A stretch of 64,000 nucleotides of DNA, taken from Ranitomeya imitator (Eukaryota). The stretch lies in contig NC_091286.1 of assembly GCF_032444005.1 (NCBI RefSeq), positions 216,752,001 through 216,816,000 on the forward strand, read 5' to 3'. This document shows positions 10,116 through 22,735 of this stretch, in pieces. The translations under genes were made by a program, and so were the position numbers. Position 1 is the first letter of the stretch, and each line of letters starts with the position of its first letter. A model generated the notes under the pieces. That model did no database searches. It had not been told where the DNA came from and saw only the letters and a list, made by a program, of their open reading frames with translations.

Positions 10116-13100
10116 CTGTAGTAGATATATATACATACCATATATGTACACACATCGCTCTATACCCTGTGTAATGTTGTATTCTCTCTATTATATACAT
10201 ACATTCATATCTGCCGTCCAACCATACATTATTCAGTTACGAGGAGGAGGGGTTAAACTTTACTGCAAGGGCTGCTGTTCTGGTGCTTTGTGTTACTTCT
10301 ATCCCCTGTTTTAGTGACTTGCCTGCAATAGAGTCCTGAACATGCGGGTTGGGCTGTGTGATGTTGCAGGAGCAGTGGAAGGGGTTAGGTGAAGATATAG
10401 GGGGGTATGCTCACTGCTGGCTTGCAACCCATCACAAAAAATGAAGTCAGAAGGAAGCAGAGAATTCTCAGAGGAATTGATGGCTGTGACAGCAGAGCTG
10501 ATGATGGGAAGTGAAGCAGAAAGGTATAAAAGAACATGAAACTTTGCAAAAAATGTATATGGGGCTCTTTATGGGAATTCTCCTTAAGAAAATATAGATG
10601 GGAAGCACAAGTCGGCATGTCTGTATATTAGACTCAGAGCATCCATATTTAAGCATAAATGGCTTTTTACTACATTACCCAGTGAAAAATAAACCACTGT
10701 GACTTGCAATGAAAGCCCAGAATGACCTTCAGCAGCTCTCCAAACCAAGACGATAACAATTGTGTAATTATTTCACCTTGGCATGGACACACATTTTAAT
10801 CGGCCGTGATAACAGTGGATAATTATACGCTACAGTTATAATGACACAAACATGTTTAATAATTGCTGCAGTAGACGGTTATTTAGAGAAAATGTCAGAC
10901 AAAATAGTGTGAAGAGAGAGGAGCTGTTTTTTCGATGCCGCGGTGTCAGAGCTCGAATTCCACTCACTTAGGAACCATGTGATAATACTGACTGAGCAAG
11001 CCATCAGCACTAATCTTTATATACAAACATCTTATATTGCAGGGTTTACGTTATGTCCAAGTATTCTGCAACCAATCTACAGATCTGCATCATATATTGG
11101 AGATAAGTGCGGGTTTCACTGGTAAGACCCCCAAGTTATTGTAAGATGTTGGTCCCATGCATGCATGTATCTCTCCATTCATGGACATGGCCGTTCCACA
11201 CATTGCAGAGCACGACCATCTCTATACTGACAGTGGCGCTCACAGATCAGTGATTTCAGTGATGTGTCATTTATTAGGCTGTGTGCTGTTGTTTCAATAC
11301 AATGAGTGGTTTATCAGCAGCAGATGATCATTGCCAGACTTGCCCTGTATGCCAAGTGGTCCAAACATCACTCCTTCTCAGATTAGCAGCTCATTGCCAA
11401 TAAACAGTGTACATACAGAGCCTGGTGTGGGCGGGGGCAGCTTTCTGAGCTCTGCTACATGCTAAAAACTGATTGTATTACAACTGCCGAACCCAGTGAA
11501 CTGAGTGATACATCACTGGAATCATGGTTTCTTTTCCAACATAATTCTGCACTTAAATGACGTACGAAAAACCTGGTGATGATTCACTTTAGTTTAGCAA
11601 GTTTTTTTTCTTAATTTAATAGGATGAATTTAGGCTGGGTGAGATTTAGGAACAGATGATACTCACAGCATTGCATAGAAGCCCACACATACACACATAT
11701 TGTATTGGAATTGGTGCAGATGCCAGCAGTCGGACCCCCTCTGATAGAAACCTTACATCACATCCTAGCAGTAAGATGGGCTCCCAGTCACACAATGCTC
11801 ATATACAGGAAGGCATAGATCTTCTGCCATGGAAGCAATCAGCGAGTGAGATGTCAGATGTCTGGGAGCTCATTTGGCATAAAATAAATAATCAGGCATT
11901 ACAGTTTTGCCGATGACCCTTAGGAGCAGTTTCAGGGCAGCAATTACTGTAAAATGAAGGTCATTAATATGCTGATTACAATTCCCCAATAATGATCCAG
12001 TGATGCTTGGCATGAAGCAGTGTTTTGACACCCAGCCAAGCGCTGTCACTCCACGGGATGGCTTTAGGGCATGTTGTCTATCAAAGTATATCTATATTAG
12101 CAGGTTCTCATACACGCTGTATCCGACAGCTCCCTAATAGAAAACCCATTCGTGTTCATGAAAGTGTTCGGTTCACGATGAGAAACACTTAGGTAAATAG
12201 AATTGTCTTTCCTATATTGTTTTTGAGAAGGCCGTTCTCCCCTTGTGAATGGTCCAGAAGGAAGATCCTGTGCCAAGTCGTGTTTCCCTTTATATGCCTG
12301 AGTAGCTCCGGCTTTATCACGGCTGAAGAGTACAAGCAATAAGCCAAGTCCTAAAAGGGAAGGGCAGCTCCCCGCACAAAGACCCTGGAAGGCGAGCTCA
12401 GGAACCATTGCACAGATGTTGGCTCCGAAACCTGGCGATGCCCATTACACAACATAGTGTGCTCAGATATAATTCTCTGCATTGCTTGGGTTAGGCGAGT
12501 CTCAACAACAATAATGGGTAAAACTGCAAAGCCTTTGTAAGAAGAAGCAACTTTGCAATTTAATTATTACTAAGAACAAATTGATCTAGCTGCCATTGTT
12601 AACGCTCTTGTCTAGGTTACCAGCCAGTGCTGCAATCTAGCAGTGGTGGCCGAGCTGGTAAGCGCTGATCTAAAGCTGGCTACATCACTACAGAGCCTTG
12701 GGACCCTCCAATACCACGACCACAGCCATTGTATTTACCATAATGATTACTGTGCCCTAAATAGTGGAATATATCATCTTATTTATGAAGTATCTTTTGT
12801 GCAAGTAGAAACATTGTTATACCTCTGAACCCAACTAGCTAACCTAAGGGTCGGTCAGCGCTAAACGACCACTGAAGAGTAATTGTCCGTAAATAAGTAT
12901 TTCAAGCATCTGAGACTTTTTGAAGTTGGAGTACTGTAACTTTTACATATGATTCTGACTAACAGTTGGCATAGAATGTAGCTGATATATTATTCACTGC
13001 AGCCATGCATCGCAATGATTCCTTACGGTGTTGCATTGTATGAATGAAAAATGTTGTCTGTCCTGGATTTTTTGATAAACGCTCCATAACAATATGACGT

Positions 13101-13875
13101 TGGCAGCCCTATGTAAGGGATGGTGATAAGACCTGTGTACTAACACAAATACCAGAGTACAAATGTAGCAATGTGCTATTTACACAAAGACTCTTAGGTC
13201 ATGGTTATTACTCGCAGAAAGGGAGGAGCGAGTGCAAACCGCAGAACAATATTATTCTCGGAGTGTTCACGTCTAGAATGGAAGAGTAAGGTAAAGGGCA
13301 CAACTATCAGGACAGTCTCCACATCCAAAGTTCACACAGATGTGTGGCTGAAAGTCAATGAGGGAGTAATCAATAAGAGGAAGGAGCGGAATTAGCATGC
13401 GGAACAAGCAAGCAACTTGGTTAGAGGCGACCTAGTCACATCATTAGTGTGAAAGCCAAATTCTCCCATAAACGCTATGGGATGAATACACTTTCATTTA
13501 TCTAAACGGGGGCTGGCACTGGGAGACAAATGACTCCTCAGTCTTATCGCATTAGCATGAAGCTGAAAGGGGCTTTAAGACTGCAAAGTTTTGACCTTGT
13601 TGGCATCCAAGTGAGAAAGGGATGGATCGCAAAATAGGTTCCATTCAATTATCTCCCCATTAGGTTTCCATGGAAATGGTTCTAGAGGCAGGTCAAAGCT
13701 TTCTCAGTGATCGCAAACCCTGCGGTCTTCAGCTGACGCCAACCCAACACACATGCGGATGGTATATCCCATGTATACGGAGAGTTTACAGGAGCCCAGA
13801 GTGGGCATCTCCTAGGGGAACCATGGAGAAAAGCATCAACCGGTTCATGAGCTTCATGTGAATTATGTAACCAAC

Positions 13876-14020
13876 ACTAGACTGTAAGCCCACGAGGGCA
13901 GGGTCCTATCCCCCTGGTCCAGTCTTCACTGTTACGTTTGTTCATTGTCATTTATATATGCTTTTTGCATGTAAACCCTCTTCACACGTAGACCACCCTG
14001 GATTCAATAATAATACATAA
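13876..14020 (+). mobile_element. L2 LINE 3'-end fragment
   Basis: TAGACTGTAAGCCCACGAGGGCAGGGTCC conserved L2/MIR-type tail motif and (AAT)n end; homologous to 56864-57020. Confidence 0.65.
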
Positions 14021-14537
14021 TCTAGAATAACTTTTATGAATGCAAAATTCTCCCATGAACTTTATGTTTCAAATTGTCAGGGTTTTGGGTTCAGCGAGAG
14101 CGAATGTTCTTGTTTACTTCCAGAGGCTGTATACTGTATATACCTAGTCCTGCCCTCAGTGGAGAAGTCAGTCAGCCCATCCACACAATCTCCCCGCTAG
14201 CATCAGTCCAATCATCAAAAGAACAGCGGTGGGTTCTGATATGATCATGGATGTATCATCTACTCTGTTGGGAGCAGATTCATTGTATCCCTTATAAGTT
14301 TCTTGTTGGATGGTCTCCCTCTGACTCCTGCAGCTATTCCACTATCCCACCACTAAACAAGTTTTTCCAAGCCATAAGCACCTGCCTTTTCCATAAATTA
14401 TACTTTAAAGGGCACCCATCTTTTTAAAATACATTTTCCCTATCCTACACTCCCTTTAGATCATCGGGATCTGGATTCTGAGCCCCTATGATCCTTACAA
14501 CAAAAAAAACCCTCTGCCCTTTCATATGTACATATTA

Positions 14538-15316
14538 TCTTCTATTTATATAATTGTCTTGTAATGTTTTCATTTCCTGTTCCGTCCAGATGTCACCGTA
14601 TCCCAGAATTCCAAGTGGAGGAAGTTCACCGACCTCCATATTGGGACATCCAAGTGATGGGTGTCTCAATATGGAAACTGCTGCTGGTACCAACCTATTG
14701 CGCGGTACCACCAGGGGAACACCATCGCACCACACACACACACTATATACGCCGTACGCACCACAGACACACACACGCACACACACACACACACTCTATA
14801 TGCAGTATGCAAAACACACACTCTATATGCGGTACGCACCACACACACACACTCTATATGCGGTACGCACCACACACACACTCTATATGCTGTACGCATC
14901 ACACACACAAGCACACTCTATATGGGGTACGCAACACACATACACGCACAATCTATATGCGGTATGCACCACACACACACAAGCACACTCTATATGCGGT
15001 ACGCAACAGACACACAAGCACACACTCTATATGCGGTAGGCACCACACAAACACTTACAGACACTCACACTCATGCAGCCTCTTGCGCGGTACCACCAGC
15101 GGAACACCATCGCGAACACGCCGCCGCCCGGGTCAGCAGAATGATTCACTGACTGCCGCCATCTTTGTACAGGAGGAGTGCGTGCACAGTTTTAATGTGA
15201 CCGCCTCTATCTGTCTGCACAAAAATTGCGGCGTTCTGATTTACAACAGTGCCACATGCCTGCCCCATTGTGACAATACCGCCCTCTCGATGCGATAGCA
15301 TCAGACCTCCATCTAG
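14538..15316 (+). mobile_element. Non-autonomous Helitron-like element, copy 1
   Basis: 5' a|TC, 3' hairpin GATGC GATA GCATC followed by CTAG|t; ~200-bp 5' block repeated at 15317. Confidence 0.6.
14730..15055. repeat. ~30-bp minisatellite (CACACACACTCTATATGCGGTACGCAC) inside the Helitron
   Basis: About 9-10 degenerate tandem units. Confidence 0.9.
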
Positions 15317-16386
15317 TATTTATATAATTGCCTTGTAATGTTTTCATTTCCTGTTCTGTCCAGATGTCACCGTATCCCAGAATTCCAAGCGGAGGAAGAT
15401 CACCGACCGCCATATTGGGACATCCAAGTGATGGGTGTCTCAATATGGAAACTGCTGCTGGTACCAACCTATTGCGCGGTACCACCAGTGGAACACCGTC
15501 GCAACACTCACACTCATACTCGTGCACTCACGCAGTCTCTTGCGCAGTACCACCAACGGAACATCATCGCGAACACGCTGCCGAGATCAGCCGAATGATT
15601 CACTGACTGCCGCCATCTTTGTACAGGAAGAGTGCATGCGCAGTTTTAATGTGACCGCCGGTATCTGTCTGCGCGAATTATGCACTGAATCATTCGGCTG
15701 ATCCCGGTGGCAGATGCGCAATGTGTCTACAGGCAGAGGAAGCCGGTCACATGAGAGGGGTTTTTTCACGAAGGAAAGTTCATTTTAAAAATTGTCTGTG
15801 TCTGACCGTGTACAGAGCATATCACATCTCCTGGGCAGGGGAGGAAGCAAAAGATAATACTGACATTACAGCAGGGGATCACAGAGAATTCATTTTGTGA
15901 GGTAAAATATTTCACTGACTGTTTTTAAAAAATATTTTACCTTACAAAACGTATCATCTGCGATCTCCTGCTGTAATGTCAGTATTGTCTTTTGCTTCCT
16001 CCCCTGCCCAGGAGATGTGGTATGTTCTGTACATGGTCAGACACAGACAACTTTTAAAATGAAGTTTTGCTTGTGGGAAAACCCCTTTAAAAAGCAAATA
16101 ACAATGCCAACATGGCTCCTCCTAAAAAGTATGCCAATGACAATGAAAGGAAAGCAGCAAAGGCACAACGTTGAAGACAACAAAGGGCAAATGAGACTCT
16201 TGAAGAGCAACAGCATCGCTGGGACAAAAACAATGCATATAAGCGTAGGCATCAAGCACATGAGTCCCCTGATGCATAAGTCATTAGATTATCACAGGAT
16301 GCCATTAGGCAACAACAGCACTGCATGTCTGCCCCCATTGTGACATTACCACACTCCCAATGCGATAGCGTCGGGCATCCGTCTTG
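15317..16386 (+). mobile_element. Non-autonomous Helitron-like element, copy 2 (head-to-tail with copy 1)
   Basis: Repeats 14543-14730 and 15100-15230; ends ATGCGATAGCGT hairpin ... CTTG|t. Confidence 0.55.
15756..16086. mobile_element. Palindromic TTAA-type (T2-like) MITE
   Basis: AGGGGTTTT ... AAAACCCCT|TTAA; whole element is an imperfect inverted repeat. Confidence 0.75.
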
Positions 16387-16401
16387 TATATATACATACA
16401 G

Positions 16402-16658
16402 TACTACCTCTTGAAGCTCATCAAGAGAATGCCAAGAGTGTGCAAAGCAGTCATCAAAGCAAAAGGTGGCTACTTTGAAGAACCTAGAATATAAGACATA
16501 TTTTCAGTTGTTTCACACTTTTTTTGTTAAGTATACAATTCCACATGTGTTAATTCGTAGTTTTGATGTCTTCAGTGTGAATTTACAATTTTCATAGTCA
16601 TGAAAATACAGGAAAATCTTTAAATGACAAGGTGTGTCCAAACTTTTGGTCTGTATTG
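16402..16658 (+). mobile_element. Tc1 3'-end fragment
   Basis: Encodes ...RMPRVCKAVIKAKGGYF; ends GTGTCCAAACTTTTGGTCTGTATTG|TA. Confidence 0.75.
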
Positions 16659-16974
16659 TATACACTGTATATATAGCATTCACGGATGGCAATTGGGAGC
16701 TGTAGAGACAGTGAACATGCGCTCCTCCGCATCGATTACAGCTGATGGCTAGTACTAGCCATTCTCTGACTGTGATCGTATCATCTCACAAGAATGGACC
16801 GCCCAAACAGACACACTACCTGCCTTATAGTAATGTTTTAGTATCCCTGGACCCTGTCATTTCTCACCAATCTATAAATCATATTGCATAAAGGACTGCA
16901 CTCATTCTCTGCTTGTTGTACTTGATGCTCCACTCACTTTCTTACATTTCTCAGAAAACTTTTCTGTAAATAAC

Positions 16975-19900
16975 TGTTATGTTTGCTAATGACAGGTGTT
17001 ATGAAGGCAATCCAGAAACACAGTGTGCTTAGCGATCAGAGCGCACACAGTGATCTGACAAATACCCAAAAATAAAAGAACGAGCTCTGAGACGTGGAAA
17101 CTCTGTAGACTGCACACCTGATCCTATCCTAAACACAACTAAAAGCGGCTGTGGATTGCGCCTAACAACTACCTAGGCAACTCGGCACAGCCTAAGAAAC
17201 TAGCTAGCCTGAAGATAGAAAAATAGGCCTGACTTGCCCCAGAGAAACTCCCCAAAGGAAAAGGCAGCCCCCCACATATAATGACTGTGAGTAAGATGAA
17301 AAGACAAAACGTAGGGATGAAATAGATTCAGCAAAGTGGGGCCCGATATTCTAGGACAGAGCGAGGACAGTAAAGCGAACTTTGCAGTCTACAAAAAACC
17401 CTAAAGCAAAACCACGCAAAGGGGGCAAAAAAAACCCACCGTGCCGAACTAACGGCACGGCGGTACACCCTTTGCGTCTCAGAGCTTCCAGCAAAACAAA
17501 GACAAGCTGGACAGAAAAAAAGCAACAAAAAAGCAAAAAGCACTTAGCTATACAGAGCAGCAGGTCACAGGAACAATCAGGAGAAGCTCAGATCCAACAC
17601 TGAAACATTGACAAGGAGCAAGGATAGCAGCATCAGGCGGAGTTAAGTAATGAAGCAGTTAACGAGCTCACCAGAACACCTGAGGGAGGAAGCTCAGAAG
17701 CTGCAGTACCACTTGTGACCACAGGAGTGAATTCAGCCACAGAATTCACAACAGTACCCCCCCCTTGAGGAGGGGTCACCGAACCCTCACCAGAGCCCCC
17801 AGGCCGACCAGGATGAGCCGCATGAAAGGCACGAACAAGATCGGAAGCATGAACATCAGAGGCAAAAACCCAGGAATTATCTTCCTGAGCATAACCCTTC
17901 CATTTAACCAGATACTGGAGTTTCCGTCTTGAAACACGAGAATCCAAAATCTTCTCCACAATATACTCCAATTCCCCCTCCACCAAAACCGGGGCAGGAG
18001 GCTCAACAGATGGAACCATAGGTGCCATGTATCTCCGCAACAACGACCTATGGAATACATTATGTATGGAAAAGGAGTCTGGGAGGGTCAAACGAAAAGA
18101 CACAGGATTGAGAACCTCAGAAATCCTATACAGACCAATAAAACGAGGTTTAAATTTAGGAGAGGAAACCTTCATAGGAATATGACGAGAAGATAACCAA
18201 ACCAGATCCCCAACACGAAGTCGGGGACCCACACGGCGTCTGCGATTAGCGAAAAGTTGAGCTTTCTCCTGGGACAAGATCAAATTGTCCACTACCTGAG
18301 TCCAGATCTGCTGCAACCTATCCACCACAGAATCCACACCAGGACAGTCCGAAGACTCAACCTGTCCTGAAGAGAAACGAGGATGGAACCCAGAATTGCA
18401 AAAAAATGGAGAAACCAAGGTAGCCGAGCTGGCCCGATTATTAAGGGCGAACTCAGCCAACGGCAAAAAGGACACCCAATCATCCTGGTCTGCAGAAACA
18501 AAACATCTCAGATATGTTTCCAAGGTCTGATTGGTTCGTTCGGTCTGGCCATTAGTCTGAGGATGGAAAGCCGAGGAAAAGGATAGGTCAATGCCCATCC
18601 TACCACAAAAGGCTCGCCAAAACCTTGAAACAAACTGGGAACCTCTGTCAGAAACAATATTCTCAGGAATGCCATGCAACCGAACCACATGCTGAAAGAA
18701 CAAAGGTACCAAATCAGAGGAGGAAGGCAATTTAGCCAAGGGCACCAGATGGACCATTTTAGAAAAGCGATCACAGACCACCCAAATGACTGACATCTTT
18801 TGAGAAACGGGAAGGTCAGAAATGAAATCCATCGAAATATGTGTCCAAGGCCTCTTTGGGACCGGCAAGGGCAAAAGCAACCCACTGGCACGAGAACAGC
18901 AGGGCTTAGCCCGAGCACAAATCCCACAGGACTGCACAAAAGTACGTACATCCCGTGACAGAGATGGCCACCAGAAGGATCTAGCCACTAACTCTCTGGT
19001 ACCAAAGATTCCAGGATGACCAGCCAACACCGAACAATGAAGTTCAGAGATAAGTTTATTAGTCCACCTATCAGGGACGAACAGTTTCTCTGCTGGACAA
19101 CGATCAGGTTTATTCGCCTGAAATTTTTGCAGCACCCGCCGCAAATCAGGGGAGATGGCAGACACAATGACTCCTTCCTTGAGGATACCCGCTGGCTCAG
19201 ATAAACCCGGAGAGTCGGGCACAAAACTCCTAGACAGAGCATCCGCCTTCACATTTTTAGAGCCCGGAAGGTACGAAATCACAAAGTCGAAGCGGGCAAA
19301 AAATAACGACCAACGGGCCTGTCTAGGATTCAAGCGCTTGGCAGACTCGAGATAAGTCAAGTTCTTATGATCAGTCAATACCACCACGCGATGCTTAGCT
19401 CCTTCAAGCCAATGACGCCACTCCTCGAATGCCCACTTCATGGCCAGCAACTCTCGATTGCCCACATCATAATTACGCTCAGCGGGCGAAAACTTCCTGG
19501 AAAAGAAAGCACATGGTTTCATCACTGAGCAATCAGAACCTCTCTGTGACAAAACCGCCCCTGCTCCAATCTCAGAAGCATCAACCTCGACCTGGAACGG
19601 AAGAGAAACATCTGGCTGACACAACACAGGGGCAGAACAAAAACGACGCTTCAACTCCTGAAAAGCTTCCACAGCAGCAGAAGACCAATTAACCAAATCA
19701 GCACCCTTCTTGGTCAAATCGGTCAATGGTTTGGCAATGCTAGAAAAATTACAGATGAAGCGACGATAAAAATTAGCAAAGCCCAGGAACTTTTGCAGAC
19801 TTTTCAGAGATGTCGGCTGAATCCAATCCTGGATGGCCTGGACCTTAACTGGATCCATCTCGATAGTAGAAGGGGTAAAGATGAACCCCAAAAATGAAAC

Positions 19901-22735
19901 TTTCTGCACACCGAAGAGACACTTTGATCCCTTCACAAACAAAGAGTTAGCACGCAGGACCTGAAAAACCATTCTGACCTGCTTCACATGAGACTCCCAA
20001 TCATCTGAGAAGATCAAAATGTCATCCAAGTAAACAATCAGGAATTTATCCAGATACTCACGGAAGATGTCATGCATAAAAGACTGAAACACAGATGGAG
20101 CATTGGCAAGTCCGAACGGCATCACTAGATACTCAAAATGACCCTCGGGCGTATTGAATGCAGTTTTCCATTCATCTCCTTGCCTGATTCTCACCAGATT
20201 ATACGCACCACGAAGATCTATCTTAGTGAACCAACTAGCCCCCTTAATCCGAGCAAACAAGTCAGATAACAATGGCAAGGGATACTGAAATTTAACAGTG
20301 ATCTTATTAAGAAGGCGGTAATCAATACACGGTCTCAGCGAACCATCCTTCTTGGCTACAAAGAAGAACCCTGCTCCCAGTGGTGATGACGATGGGCGAA
20401 TATGTCCCTTCTCCAGGGATTCCTTCACATAACTGCGCATAGCGGCGTGTTCGGGCACGGATAAATTAAATAATCGACCTTTAGGGAATTTACTACCAGG
20501 AATCAAATTGATAGCACAATCACAATCCCTATGCGGAGGTAGAGCATCGGACTTGGGCTCTTCAAATACATCCTGATAATCAGACAAGAACTCTGGGACC
20601 TCAGAAGGGGTGGATGACGAAATCGACAAAAATGGAACATCACCATGTACCCCCTGACAACCCCAGCTGGATACCGACATGGAATTCCAATCCAATACTG
20701 GATTATGGGTTTGTAGCCATGGCAACCCCAACACGACCACATCATGCAGATTATGCAACACCAGAAAGCGAATAACTTCCTGATGTGCAGGAGCCATGCA
20801 CATGGTCAGCTGGGCCCAGTATTGAGGTTTATTCTTGGCCAAAGGTGTAGCATCAATTCCTCTCAATGGAATAGGACACCGCAAAGGCTCCAAGAAAAAC
20901 CCACAACGTTTAGCATAATCCAAATCCATCAGATTCAGGGCAGCACCCGAATCCACAAACGCCATGACAGAAAACGACGACAAAGAGCATATCAAGGTAA
21001 TGGACAGAAGGAATTTGGACTGTACAGTACCAATGACGGCAGACCTAGCGGACCGCTTAGTGCGCTTAGGACAATCAGAAATAGCATGAGTGGAATCACC
21101 ACAGTAGAAACACAGACCATTCAGACGTCTGTATTCCTGCCGTTCAACTCTAGTCATAGTCCTATCGCACTGCATAGGCTCAGGTTTAACCTCAGGCAGT
21201 ACCGCCAAATGGTGCACAGATTTACGCTCGCGCAAGCGTCGACCGATCTGAATGGCCAAAGACAAAGACTCATTCAAACCAGCAGGCATAGGAAATCCCA
21301 CCATGACATCCTTAAGAGCCTCAGAGAGACCCTTTCTGAACAAAGCTGCCAGCGCAGATTCATTCCACTGAGTGAGTACTGACCATTTCCTAAATTTCTG
21401 ACAATATACTTCTATATCATCCTGACCCTGGCACAAAGCCAGCAAATTTTTCTCAGCCTGATCCACTGAATTAGGCTCATCGTACAGCAATCCGAGCGCC
21501 AGGAAAAACGCATCGACACTACTCAATGCAGGGTCTCCTGGCGCAAGAGAAAATGCCCAGTCTTGAGGGTCGCCGCGCAAAAAAGAAATAATAATCAAAA
21601 CCTGTTGAATAGGATTACCAGAAGAATGAGGTTTCAAGGCCAGAAATAGCTTACAATTATTTTTGAAACTTAGAAACTTAGTTCTATCTCCAAAAAACAA
21701 ATCAGGAATAGGAATTCTTGGTTCTAACATAGATTTCTGATCAATAGTATCTTGAATTTTTTGTACATTTATAACGAGATTATCCATTGAAGAGCACAGA
21801 CCCTGAATATCCATGTCCACACCTGTGTCCAGAATCACCCAAATGTCTAGGGGAAAAAAAAAAAGTGAACACAGAGCTGAGGAAAAAAAAAAAAAAAAAT
21901 GATGTCAGAACTTTTTCTTTCCCTCTATTGCGAATCATTAGTTAGGCTCCTTGTACTGTTATGTTTGCTAATGACAGGTGTTATGAAGGCAATCCAGAAA
22001 CACAGTGTGCTTAGCGATCAGAGCGCACACAGTGATCTGACAAATACCCAAAAATAAAAGAACGAGCTCTGAGACGTGGAAACTCTGTAGACTGCACACC
22101 TGATCCTATCCTAAACACAACTAAAAGCGGCTGTGGATTGCGCCTAACAACTACCTAGGCAACTCGGCACAGCCTAAGAAACTAGCTAGCCTGAAGATAG
22201 AAAAATAGGCCTGACTTGCCCCAGAGAAACTCCCCAAAGGAAAAGGCAGCCCCCCACATATAATGACTGTGAGTAAGATGAAAAGACAAAACGTAGGGAT
22301 GAAATAGATTCAGCAAAGTGGGGCCCGATATTCTAGGACAGAGCGAGGACAGTAAAGCGAACTTTGCAGTCTACAAAAAACCCTAAAGCAAAACCACGCA
22401 AAGGGGGCAAAAAAAACCCACCGTGCCGAACTAACGGCACGGCGGTACACCCTTTGCGTCTCAGAGCTTCCAGCAAAACAAAGACAAGCTGGACAGAAAA
22501 AAAGCAACAAAAAAGCAAAAAGCACTTAGCTATACAGAGCAGCAGGTCACAGGAACAATCAGGAGAAGCTCAGATCCAACACTGAAACATTGACAAGGAG
22601 CAAGGATAGCAGCATCAGGCGGAGTTAAGTAATGAAGCAGTTAACGAGCTCACCAGAACACCTGAGGGAGGAAGCTCAGAAGCTGCAGTACCACTTGTGA
22701 CCACAGGAGTGAATTCAGCCACAGAATTCACAACA
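16975..22735 (-). mobile_element. Full-length Ty3/Gypsy chromovirus (sushi/Tf1-like) LTR retrotransposon
   Basis: 779-bp LTRs (16975-17753, 21957-22735) TGT...ACA, apparently identical; 5-bp TSD ATAAC; PPT at ~17754-17770; single gag-pol ORF. Confidence 0.97.
17633..21838 (-). CDS. Gag-Pol polyprotein (Gag, CCHC, protease, RT, RNase H, integrase, chromodomain), 1401 aa
   Basis: CFYCGDSTHAISDC; FVDSGA; YLDD; VDAS; HHCC and DDE integrase (SMDFI, SDRGSQF, GQTER); chromodomain YIVEKILDSR...YLVKWKGY...NSW. Confidence 0.97.
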   Translation of the reverse strand: MILDTGVDMDIQGLCSSMDNLVINVQKIQDTIDQKSMLEPRIPIPDLFFGDRTKFLSFKNNCKLFLALKPHSSGNPIQQVLIIISFLRGDPQDWAFSLAPGDPALSSVDAFFLALGLLYDEPNSVDQAEKNLLALCQGQDDIEVYCQKFRKWSVLTQWNESALAALFRKGLSEALKDVMVGFPMPAGLNESLSLAIQIGRRLRERKSVHHLAVLPEVKPEPMQCDRTMTRVERQEYRRLNGLCFYCGDSTHAISDCPKRTKRSARSAVIGTVQSKFLLSITLICSLSSFSVMAFVDSGAALNLMDLDYAKRCGFFLEPLRCPIPLRGIDATPLAKNKPQYWAQLTMCMAPAHQEVIRFLVLHNLHDVVVLGLPWLQTHNPVLDWNSMSVSSWGCQGVHGDVPFLSISSSTPSEVPEFLSDYQDVFEEPKSDALPPHRDCDCAINLIPGSKFPKGRLFNLSVPEHAAMRSYVKESLEKGHIRPSSSPLGAGFFFVAKKDGSLRPCIDYRLLNKITVKFQYPLPLLSDLFARIKGASWFTKIDLRGAYNLVRIRQGDEWKTAFNTPEGHFEYLVMPFGLANAPSVFQSFMHDIFREYLDKFLIVYLDDILIFSDDWESHVKQVRMVFQVLRANSLFVKGSKCLFGVQKVSFLGFIFTPSTIEMDPVKVQAIQDWIQPTSLKSLQKFLGFANFYRRFICNFSSIAKPLTDLTKKGADLVNWSSAAVEAFQELKRRFCSAPVLCQPDVSLPFQVEVDASEIGAGAVLSQRGSDCSVMKPCAFFSRKFSPAERNYDVGNRELLAMKWAFEEWRHWLEGAKHRVVVLTDHKNLTYLESAKRLNPRQARWSLFFARFDFVISYLPGSKNVKADALSRSFVPDSPGLSEPAGILKEGVIVSAISPDLRRVLQKFQANKPDRCPAEKLFVPDRWTNKLISELHCSVLAGHPGIFGTRELVARSFWWPSLSRDVRTFVQSCGICARAKPCCSRASGLLLPLPVPKRPWTHISMDFISDLPVSQKMSVIWVVCDRFSKMVHLVPLAKLPSSSDLVPLFFQHVVRLHGIPENIVSDRGSQFVSRFWRAFCGRMGIDLSFSSAFHPQTNGQTERTNQTLETYLRCFVSADQDDWVSFLPLAEFALNNRASSATLVSPFFCNSGFHPRFSSGQVESSDCPGVDSVVDRLQQIWTQVVDNLILSQEKAQLFANRRRRVGPRLRVGDLVWLSSRHIPMKVSSPKFKPRFIGLYRISEVLNPVSFRLTLPDSFSIHNVFHRSLLRRYMAPMVPSVEPPAPVLVEGELEYIVEKILDSRVSRRKLQYLVKWKGYAQEDNSWVFASDVHASDLVRAFHAAHPGRPGGSGEGSVTPPQGGGTVVNSVAEFTPVVTSGTAASELPPSGVLVSSLTASLLNSA

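Noticed and set aside
12097-12408. 103-aa minus-strand ORF and plus-strand exon-like segment 12104-12192
   Set aside because: No recognisable protein; the plus-strand segment has stops in all three frames
14554-15298. Long His/Thr-rich ORFs
   Set aside because: Artefacts of the CA-rich minisatellite
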